Positions 28,201 through 40,200 of a stretch of DNA of 64,000 bases are shown here, in pieces. Both the position numbers and the translations under genes were made by a program. Source of the stretch: Convolutriloba macropyga (taxonomy: Eukaryota); the NCBI RefSeq assembly GCF_964194025.1, contig NC_134468.1:17422001-17486000 (forward strand). Reading direction: 5' to 3'. Below the pieces are notes generated by a model. The model ran no database searches, was not told where the DNA came from, and saw only the letters and a list, made by a program, of their open reading frames with translations. Each line of letters begins with the position of its first letter. Position 1 is the first letter of the stretch.

Positions 28201-31200
28201 AAAAAAGGAAACAGGCTGATTCTAGAACCAACCCAAGAAAGACAACATCAACAAGTTGAAAGAAAAAGCAAGAGTCAGAATAAATTAAATCAAAAGACAA
28301 AAGCACTCCAAGAATCAATTTTCTCATCATAGCGCAACTATCGAATAAATAGGAACAAGTTGAAAAATCAATTATCACTATACCACATTCTTTATCTACA
28401 AAAGGCAAAAAAAGGAAACAGGCTGATTCTACAACCAACCTAAGAAAGACAACATCAACAAGTTGAAAGAAAAAGCAAGAGTCAAAATAAATTAACTCAG
28501 AAGACACAAGAAACATTCAAATTACTTGAAAACTCGTGTACAGATTAGCCTATTTAGAAGGGCGAGCAAGTCACGCTGGCCATCAAAGGTCATATGACAA
28601 GGATCATTAAGTTTAAAATGTTTTGGCTTTAGTTTTGGTGCAACATAAAACTCCTTTAGTTCATGGTAAAGAATCTTATTTACAGTCTCCACATTATGGC
28701 TTTCCATATGGCGCCTTTTCCACATTCCAATTACAAGAACATTAGTGCCCTCACGCGATGCACACCTTGCGAAGCTTACTAAGTTGAGAGCTACTTCTTC
28801 GGGTTTTTTGGCAGGTATATCACGCCAATCTGCTAGGTCATTGTTTCCCACAGCAACAATAACAAAGTCGTATTGCTTAGCAGTCAGACTGACACAAGGG
28901 CCAAGCTCATGAGAACGCATGCCACTCATCGCCAGGACGTCAATTTGATAAGCACAGAGTAGCGGATCATTGTAGAGATCTGTTTTCAAATGTTTGACGT
29001 TGGAGTCACCGATTAACAGGAACGAGCTGAACAAAAAATTAGTATGAGTTGGAGCACAAAAAGCAGACGCGCGAAAGCAGAACAATTCAGGAGAAACAAA
29101 AAAAGGTAGCTTAGACAGTCATCCGCAAAATATGCTAAATTATTGACCTATTTGGTAGAAAATTTCGAAAGCTTATTTTATAAACTCAAGTGAAAGAAAC
29201 TTACAAATTTCCAATCAACAGCTTTGAGCTCTTCTTCACCAGTAACCTAAAATGACTGCGCAGTATCTTGAGGTAAATAGAAAATAATTAACGGCCGAGT
29301 CAAGGATTTGCAAAAATATTGATTCTACAGTCAACAAAAAATAATAAAAACTTTTCCAAATTATGATTGAGGCCACCTGCAAAAAAAGTTACTGACTCTA
29401 CAATCAGCAACAAAAAATCAATTATGTTCGAACCCTTCTCTGATAACGCTGACTTTCAGAACATTAGGCAGCGGACAAACAATTGACTTATATAACAAAT
29501 TTTCAACAAGACACAAATCTAGCGGTCCTAGCGTACTTAATTCAAAGCAAAAATTATAAGGAAATATATGATGATCGGGAATAACATTAAGTATGGCGAC
29601 ATCCAAAAAATATCTGACAACAGCATAGATGATGCCTTCAATTTTTACAAAGCATTGAACTTGAACAAATTTTTCATCTTTAAGTTGAACAACACTTTCG
29701 CCTAAGTTATCATTGAGTCTTGTATACGAAAGAGAACAGAATTTTTTCCCTTTGTCATTTACAAATCGCGAAAACTTACTTTCGGCATTCCGTTCATGAC
29801 AAAACACGTTTACCTCTTGGGACATTTTAGTGAAATTTTCAAGGCACTTATTTTTATTATCACCACTTACTTTTAACTCATCGACAGAATTTTGGTAGTT
29901 TAGGAAACGTTCAACCATTTTTTCAGGATTTTTTATTGTTCCAGAAAGTGCTGATAGAAGTTGGTGATTAGCCGACTCAAAGCAAAAAGCAGAAAAAAGC
30001 CAGAGTGGACCATTTCTTCGGACTTGTTCTACTAAATGTCGCATTGTGTGGAAATTGTATGATTGGGATTCGGCCCCATATAACTCAATAAAGTTTTCAA
30101 AGAAAGAGTTAATCAATAATTCAGCGGGTTCAAGGTTTGTAACAGCAAAATTGCCATCGGATAAAAGTCTTATAGCAAAACTTAACTTACAAAAACTCTC
30201 CAGATGAAGATTTGAGATACCTAAATTATCGAAGACGAGTGGGCCAATATGAAAAAAAAGAGTTTGAAGTCAAACGCTTTCCAAAATGACAAATCTTTCA
30301 ATTTTTTTGTTCGATGAAGTATATCGAAGGGTATACAGCATTTTGAAACACGATATTCGAGCTCTTTTAATTTGTTTCCTTTTGCTAATGAAATGAGAAA
30401 TTTGGAAAGAACTTTTCCGGTGCCTAAAAAGACTTGATGCATGGGATCAATAGGACAATCCCACGGCAAATTAAAAAACGTAATGAGAGGGGTTAGAGAT
30501 TTTACGCCATTAACAGTTATTTGCTTTTGATCAGCTGTTTCACCACAAGCTCTGAACGTATCATTCTCGCGGAGAATAAAAGCCTTAGAGACCTTGAAGA
30601 GCATTCTATTACTCTGGTGGAAACCTTTTATGAAACAATGGGGACAACTTTGGTAACCCATATGCTGCTTCATACACAAGACGTACGCCGTCGCTGGTGC
30701 ATCACAAACAATACTTCTGTAACGGAAAAACACTCGCCCACATGCCTCTAGATTCACTCCACTGGAATAACTTTCTAACTCAAAGCAAATTCTTATTAAA
30801 AGTTCGGTAAAATCAGGCTTCAATTCGCCGTACCACAATCCAAGAAGACATATATTAGCATAGCATGACCTTAACACTGGAGGCAAATTGAATATTTGTA
30901 CCCAAATAGGCCATACTGACAACTTTTTTGATTTAAAAACTGGCGCTCCGTCGGTATTAAATACAAGCTGAAGTTCAAAGTTGCAGAAAGCGTCGGAAGC
31001 GGTCTCCCAATCGCAGGAACTAGACCAAGATCGCTGTATATAGGAAAAATGTTTTTTAACTATTCGATTTACCTGAGGAACTAAGTCAACCATAAGCAAT
31101 TTTGAGGCACCGAAAGATGTTGTTGACACTAACGGGAGATTTGAAGACGCAATTTCCGCAAAAACATTGTTGGGATAGGGCAAAACGCTGGCAAAAAGTT

Positions 31201-34200
31201 TCAAGAAGTCATTTCTTGCGGAGTCCGAGAGCTTATGCTTAATCGAAATCTTAGAAAATTTTTGCAAAAAATCATCATGAGATATATCAGTTCCCTCGTA
31301 AAGAAAACTACTTAAGCAGCCAAGCTCAGGCAAGTTTTGATCAACTAAGTCATTGGGCGCATTTTCATCTTCAAAACTACGTAAATTTGCAGGTGATGAG
31401 CAAACAAAATTTTCTGACTGAAATTGGCTGTCAGCTGTTGGCCGATTCAAAAAAACGTCAGATTCAGATGCATCAGGAGGAAGATTTTCGTCATTGCTTT
31501 CAGTCCCAACTGAAGACGTAGACGAGCTATAACACTTTTTAGTATAATCAAGTGAACTAAAGAGAGATTCATAGGTTAAGTATTCTGGTGTATCAGTTAG
31601 TTTTTCTTCGGGGAAGAACATTTTTAAGCGGGACGGAAAACTTTGGCGCGACGCTGGACCAATTTTTTTTTGCTTTTTTTACTTTACTTTTCTTATAACC
31701 CCTTCTTCGTTTAACTGCTATCTCAGGAAACGGATTTCCATGGCGGCTTTTATACGGACATAGACAATACTGATTGTTGGGACCAAAAAAATGATTTTGA
31801 TATGACACAGTTAGTTCCTCTCCTTCCTTTATCTCCCTTAAGGGAACACACACCATAATATTTTTAACATTAACATAGGCTACATTTGGCTTGCATGACG
31901 CATTGATAAAGGATATTGGCCCAAGCATTAACCATTGAACACCTTTTCTAGGGCTTTCCATTACTGAAAAATCATTGTAGCCGGGAACAATTTCATCTTC
32001 TTTTATGTCAACGAGAAAGCCTACAAGCCCGGGTATTTCTAATTTTGAGTCGATATCACATTTAGCAAAAACTCCTAGTTGGGAATAATTAGCGTCAGTT
32101 AGATAATCTACTGGACCAAAAATTACCAGTTTTTGACTTTTAGCATACTCTGAATCCAAAAAACTTTCGAGATCCGAGAGATAAGCGGGCGGGCAATCAA
32201 GATAAAGAGAAACCTTATGGGCTTGAACTCCAATAACGTCCACCCACTTCTCGGTCAACTTTGCGTCCACAAATGCTAGCTCCTGCCATGTAACAGGAAG
32301 ATTGCTCAATTGTTGCGCAATTGGAAGGTAGAGTTTGTACTTTTTGTGATCAAGTATAGACATTTCATCTGGAATTAATATTCAAGTCAGATAACGTAGA
32401 GAAAAATTTGAAAAAACAGAAGTAAAAAACATAACTGGCAGATTGCCAGAAAATGGCCGCAATAGCTTTGTAGATCTGCAGTCTCAAAAAAAGTAAAAAA
32501 AAAAAGACTTCATTGAGAGCTGAGATCTCACATTTTGATTAAGAATCTACAAGTAATTGCTGCCTCTATTAGCTGCTCTCAAATAATCTTCATTTAGAGG
32601 GACACACAATCAATTGACCTTAACTCTTTGAATTAGGGTAAACAACAGCTAGGAAATCATTTTCAGAGTGAGGTTAGTCACGTGTGACCAAAAACTTAAT
32701 CTCGTGAATGAACAGAAAACTCAGCGCTCCAAAACGAGCGAAAAATCAGGTCACGCACGCAATTGTTGAAATTGCATGAACAAAAGAAAAAAACGAGTTT
32801 GAAGTAATTGCTATGTCATATGGTCGTAACAAAAATCTTGAAGACGAAAAAAAACCAAGACAAGCCGAATAATAGACTCAGCTATCGCTTCGCGGCTATT
32901 AAAAAGGACAAAACTATTTTCATATTGAAAAAACATGGCATATTAATTTTCTTTATTCAGTTCAGCCTTCTCATGTCGTCCCAGAGAATTGGCGGCATCT
33001 TTAGCCCTTCTAAGCGCATAAAGGCTATCGCCGCAAATAAGCCTCACAGCTTCTGAAACAAAAAAAATGCAAGGGCAGAAAAATGGAATTAGAATTTAGA
33101 AATGTCGGGCACAACCTTTGAAATGATATTCGTCTTCCGCTGATGCTAGCTTGCGCGCCGGTTGTTTAACATTGTTCCTCTGAACAAACCAACAGAACTC
33201 CAATCTCTCCTCTTTTGAATGTATCGCTCTAGCGAGAAATCGGCCGACAGACGCATAATCATGGCGACAACCGGCATAACTTAGCAGATCGTTTCCTTTG
33301 TATACAAGTCTTTCGTTAGCCGAAGCTCTTTGTGCTTTCACGCGTTTATCATTCTAAAAAGAAAAAAACCATAGTTGCTACCAACTATAGAAAGAATAAA
33401 AGCCGCCAAAATTAATTGAACAAATACTTACAAGTTCTTTCAGGGCACGAGAAACATCTAACATCCGATTTCTCGACTCAACTTCAACAACATTACTTCG
33501 CCGTATACACCCCTCAAGGGTTTCTATATTAGTCAGAACTGTTTGCAACCCCTCATAGAGAGAAACCATTTTACTATCTAAAAAAAGATGACAAGTGAAG
33601 CCTCTAGTTTAAGGGGAAATTTAGCAGCCACAACATATAACTACAAAAAAATTACCGAAGAAATATTGAATTCCGGAAAGGCGTCAGTTTTTTTCTCAAA
33701 AAATCAACCACATCAGAAAACAACACAGCTTTTAGTCAAAACTACTCCTGACATTTTATTGCACACTAACAACTGCTCTTTTCTCTCGCAGACGTTGGTT
33801 AACAAGTTTTAATGAATCACGATACAATTTGTTGGTATATTGGTCACCAAATGCGAATTTCACTGCTTTTTGATACAGTTCCGTTCTTTCATGATCTCCC
33901 GGTTTTCGTCCACTTTGTGGGTCTAAGGTCTTTTTGGGATCGATGCAAAGAGACATTCTTTCTTCCTCGGTCCAAAGAGCTTTTGCAATATTGAAGGCTT
34001 TCTCAACAAATGTAGCGCCACCAACGTTAAACAGATTTTGATCGCCAAACATTAGAACAGGCACTTCCTCTTTGGCAGCCTCCTCGGAAACATAATCTTT
34101 CTCCGCATTACGAGACAAAAGAACAGGAGTTTCAGCGATTCGATAGATTTCATCTAAAGCACGTCTGGAGAACTTGGTCAGATCGTCTAGTAGCCGGTCA

Positions 34201-37200
34201 CTTCGATCCATTCGAGACTCGAGCCTTCCGATGACTCGCTCAAAACGTTTTGCCAAATCCATCTAAGAAACAAGAAGTCGGTTGCTACCAACCAACATCA
34301 AACTTTACTTATAAAAACCTAATTTAATACCAAATTTTGGGAGCGTCTAAATTTTATCTTAAATTAGCTAACGTCAAGCGAATTGCTCTCAAACAACAAG
34401 CGAGCGGCTGACACAGGCAGTTGGTAGCTAACGTTTAGTGAGGCTGAGCTAGGTTTATCGTAACTGAAGGTCCCTTGATTAAAACAACTCTTTATTTACA
34501 TCAAGAAATGTCTTAATGACAGTTTCGGCTTATCTTATAATTCAAGTAGAGAAAGCCGGAATTCCCTAAGAAAACTTAATTCCCTCCAAATTATGCCTGT
34601 TTATTCCGTTCTTAAGGACAAAAAGTCAAATGGGCAGAAAAACAGATCGCGCAAAAAATGGCATTAAAAGACCACAGGATTAATACAATTGCTTCGTTTG
34701 AGAGCAATTAGAAACTATGTACCTTTCGGGGAAAAAAATATATTAACCACTTGATTTGCAGTAAGCTCCGAATTTGCGGGTGTTTTTGAGGCACTCTTAC
34801 TCTTCCGAACCTCAGGCTCGGGTTGATCGGGCTCGTTATCATCCGTATCGTCATCAATCCAATCATCGCTATCCGATTTACCATCCGATTCAGCGTTGTC
34901 AACATCCTTATCTTTATTATTGACAAATATGCCATTCTGCTTTTCGTTTTGAATTTCAAGGTGCGCTTCTGCAAAAACTTTGGTTAGATTCATATCTCTA
35001 GGCTTAATGCCTTCGTTAAGCATAGCGTTCATTTTATCTCCCACTCGAACAAGAATATTTTCGGGTCCGTTTGTTATAACAAGACCATTCAAAAAGTCCT
35101 TTGGGTTCTTGTCAGATTTGAAATGAACGTCCTCATACTGCAATGACAGTTTAACAGAACTAGATAAATGAGTTGGCCACCCAGAATGATCCGGCTTAAC
35201 CAAATCAAACTTTCCATCGATATAAAAATAAACGAGAAAGCGGTGATTCTTTGGAAACACAAATTCGTTTTCTTTATCAGCGCATCTGGAGGATTTTGGT
35301 CGGACAGCAACTGGATTTCCCTTGGTTGCTGGTGCAGCTTTAGCTTTGACTGATCGCTGAGAGGAGCTCATTTTCGGATTACTAAACAAAAAAAAATTTT
35401 TTATTTGTTCCAATGGCTGTCCTGGCATTAACTTTGAACTGTAGTACCAGTAACTAAGTGGTAACTGCTACGTTAACTCCATTGTGAAGACAATGGACAG
35501 CGATCACAAACCAAAGAGGGGGAAAATTTTCGATCGATCAAAAGTTATTTCGCATAAAGTTATTTTGTATAAAAAAAAAGTTTTAAAAAAATTGTTAAAG
35601 AGCAGCAGAGAAAAGGTACTGTTGCCCTCATTGCCATCATGAGTAAGCAGGAGAGATTTCAGGGGACCTATAACTACCACTCTAATACCAAATTTGAGAA
35701 CATTATGCAAGGAAAACAAAAAAAAGGTTTTAAAAAACTTGATCGTTTTCCAATGATTAAAAAAAATCTTTCCAACTTTTCCATTGAAAGGTTAACAAAT
35801 CAGCCAATTCTAGAGCAAGAATAGCCAATACCGCAAGCAGAATTGCTATATTACCGCACGCAGCATTTGTTTCATTAAAAAACTAGATACATAATAAAGA
35901 TTTGACCATGACAAAACAAAGAAAAAAGCATATGAACGATTTTTTAAACAAATTTAGCAAAATTTTTCGCATTTTTGAAGTTTTGCGGACCTGACTGTCT
36001 AAGCTACCTTTGACGGTCATTTTAAGCAGAACAGAAAGAGATTTTTTACCTCATGGTGGTTGGGCTAAACACAGAACAGAAGTTATACAAATAAGATACA
36101 TCTAAAGAAAACATTTGGTCTCAATTCTACAATTGAGCCAAGAGCAACTAAGTAATGTAGGAAAGGTGGGGTAACACAAGCAAAAAACAGCGCGAGGAAG
36201 CAACTTACAGCTATTGTAGTGTTGATGCAGGCTGAAGAGAACTGATGTCAATTTGGCAAATTTCAAAGCTCAAAAGCCAAGATTTTCACGTAACAATATC
36301 TGAAAGGATCATGTGTTGTAGTAGTTATTAGTCACGATGATTCTTTTCAGACAAAATTTACCATACCAGCAATGTAAAGTGAGTAATAGGACACCATTAA
36401 TGGCATAGCATACTACATTTGACGCCGCTTTGTAAAAATTTAACGTGGTATGGGTCATTTTATTCGAGAATACTGGTGTCGATTTGGGCGAAATGGGATA
36501 ACCCCTGAAGGTCAATTTCTCCGCACTAACTTCGAAGCAGCAAACCTTGCACGAGTTAACGTTTATGCACAATCAATTTTGGGGTGGAACCAGAAAACAG
36601 AACTGCAATTGCTGCATTTTGCTAATAATTAATAGGGATTTTGCATACCCCCCTCCAAATCACCCCTAGTGGAGGGGATTTTCGCCCAAAATCGACCAAT
36701 TTCATAACCTAGACTTCAGCTATGACAATGAAACTTTGACATGACTTTTGGAACACTAACACACACCTATTCCAACAGAAATTAGGGTGAACAAACAATA
36801 TAATCTCAAAATTCATGACAAATACTCGGACGACCTGTCACCAATATGGCAAAAATGGCGGGGTGTGTTCCGGTCAATATCTCAAAACTGCCCGGACCAA
36901 ACCATACGTGACCTATATCAAATTAAAGTACATTTCATACTGATTCCAAATCTTTAAGCAAAATCAAAATCGGTACACTCTATAGGGAGATATTAAAAAG
37001 TTAAGGTATTGTACCAAATGCCATATATACAGCCGGTCGCTGACCAAAATACACTTATTTCGTCACCAAATATGCGAATAGAACGCTGAAACTTTGTGAC
37101 AACCTTTGTCACACATATACAGACCTAAATCAACCATAAAAAAAAGTCCGTACACGTATACACAGATTCTACACGTAGAAATACGTCATTGACATGGTGC

Positions 37201-40200
37201 CAAATGGCAAAAATGGCGGATCACGTCCTGCACAATTTCTCAAAGATGGCTCAACGAAACCATGCACTAACCTATATCACATTAAACTACATTTCAAGCT
37301 CAGTTCAAATCTTTAAACAAAATCAAAATCGGTGCACTCTACGGGGAGATATTAAAGATTTAAGACATTGTACCATGTGCCATATATGGCACCGGTCACC
37401 AACTAAAATACAGTTATTTCATCACCAAAACTGGGAATAGGAAGCTGAAACTTTGTCGCAACGTTTGTCACACTTATACAGACCTAAATCGACCATTAAA
37501 AATATTCCATACACGTAAACAGAGGTTTTACACGTAGAAACATGCCATTGACCGGACACTAATTGGCAAAAATGGCCAGTCGTGTCCTGGCCAATATCTC
37601 AAAGACGGCTCGATAAAACCATACACTAACCTATATCATATTAAAGTACATTTCAAGCTGCGCTCAAATCTTCAAACAGAATCGAAATTGGTTCACTCTA
37701 CGAGGAGAAATTTCAAAAACAAGGTATCGTACCAAATCGAGATATTGGCCAAGTACCAGACCTGTTTCGCCAAAATTTTCAGTGAAAACACTAAAATGAA
37801 CACTAAAACTGTGCTACAATTCTCTCAACACATACTGACAAAGATTTTGAACAGTTATTTGGGTATAGAAGGACATTTTAAGGACATGAATTTTCACACA
37901 ACAGGTACAGTACCAAATCAGCACATTTGACCACTACGATACGTGTTTTGCAAAAATTTTCACTGAAAACACTGTAATAACAACAGAAACTGTACTACAT
38001 CTCTCTCAGGACATACTAATAGACATATTGGGCCAATAATTGGGTATACGAATAAATTTCAGGGATATCAAAACAGTGTCCCCAACCCAGGTGGGTCATT
38101 TTGGCGAGGTTCGGGGGTGCCGGAGATCAGCTAAAATTTCCACATTAGAGTCGGACAACGCCATAACCAACCCTAATATTCTCAAACTAGAACTCATCAC
38201 AGGACTAGAACTTCAAACAGAACCAAAATCGGTGCATTCTACGATGAGAAATTACAAAATCCATGTACAGTGCCATGTACAGGACAAAAGCGACTACTCA
38301 AACGAGAGTAAAATTGACCTTTTAATTTCACTTTTGACAGTGCATAAGGAGGTGACGGGCGGACGGATAGCGCAACAGCAACAAAACAAGACTTTCCCAA
38401 ATAACATTCATTCGCTGTACGTGCAGATATTTGCATGTCAGTCAATAATGTAATATCGGGCATTATTTTTTTGACGAGGGTTCAGAAGAATGGACAAAGA
38501 CAATTTGAAGACAACAGTTCACTATTAATATACCTACAGAGCGCCATGCTCAACGCCAGCACAAAACGAAAATACCACTTTGCACTAGCAAAAACGTCGC
38601 AAACATTTGAGAACAAAGAAATTAAGAAGAAATGGACAAAATGTCAATTTTCAGAAAATTTTTGCACTTTCAAATTTGGCTGTACTTCTTTACAACAACA
38701 AAGTCTTTAAAGAAGTAGTTATTGATACTTAGAAGGAGACTTCCTAAGGACGATTAGCTATGTACAATTGTTTTGACTGCAATAATTTGGTCAGCATCAA
38801 GAAAATAACAGTAATTACTACTAATTCATGTGTCTTTTTTGGGTGAAAAATAGTGCAAAATTGAAGCCTTTAACACGGTTTTTTTTCTTACGCGCAACAA
38901 ACTGCCCTAATGGAACCTCTTTAAAATTATTTAGGGCTAAGTTTCATTTTTGGAACCAGAAAAGAATACGTTTTGAGCCTTAGGAAACTACCTTCAGCAG
39001 AATCAAAGATTAGAGATGTTTCAGTTTTTTGTTGAAAACTGCGGCCACAAATTGTCATTCTTACCGCCCATTTGATATCAAAATCTGGCGTAGAAGTACC
39101 GCCAGCATGATGGTCACAACAGGTCATCAGAAGATAAAATCAATACAAGAATTTTTGTACATAATTTCCGTTTCCGTGAAAACAATGATTACAAATGAAG
39201 ATAAATTGTTTTCTTTTTTTTTCACGTGAATGAGACAACAATTCTGGCCTCTCATTCTTACAAACACATTCAGCTCCAGATGTACAATCTGTAGGATGGT
39301 TATAACACTTACTAAAAGCCTAGGGAAACCTTTCAATGACAATTTTCGTGAAACTTTTTCTTACAAAGTAAAAAAAACATTTCCGCTGTACAAATCGCAA
39401 AATAAACCTTTCTACAAGCTACAAGTAATTTTGATGCCGGCGTAAAACTTGTTAACAGATTTTGTTGTTCTTGTCCTCTACGGTTTATTAAAAACGAATG
39501 GAGCAACAGAAAGGTCTCATTTGAAGAACAAAATTTCGAATAATTTTTTAATTGTTTTGGAAGGAACTGGAAGCTTTTCACTCCATTCCTAATGCTTAGC
39601 AACATCTTCACATTTGCTGTGATTTGCTCTGCACAGATGGAGTAATCACGGGGATTGTTGATTACTTTCTTCACAAACCTGTGGAAGGTTGATAAAAGTG
39701 ACCGTTTACGTATTTCGCCAGGTACATAAAACGTATGATTGACTATATTCGGTGTACTATATTATTTTTCTCTCTCAGTTGATTACTGACATTTGGTTTT
39801 TTGTGTCCTTGCTACCTATTAATGATTCAAAGTGAATGGACTCACAGAAAAGTCTCATTTAAGGAACAAAAAGTCGATTATAACATTGTATAGCATAAGC
39901 AGGAACGCTCTGGTCGCTTTTTTATGATCTATTTTAGTGTTTACCAAGTGATTCACACTTGGTGTGAATAGAATGAACCATTGAAACGATGATTAAAACT
40001 TTTTTGGGGAAACGAGTCTTTCAAACATGTTATCGACGGTAAAGTTAATATGAAACATTCCGATTAGGCCCGAGAGAAAAATAATTTTAAGGCAAAAAAT
40101 TTTTGGAACCTATTTTTCTTCCATAACCTGTGTGTTAGTTTCAGTAGAAGTGCCGTTAAGCTATAGGATTACTTTACAAGGGATTAGAAGGTTGATAAAA

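Noticed and set aside
36629-38324. A nested TTAA-flanked transposon around the 360-bp repeats
   Set aside because: The candidate ends do not form a convincing inverted repeat.
38340-39680. Short ORFs between the 360-bp repeat and the satellite
   Set aside because: Fragmented, with no motif I can recognise.
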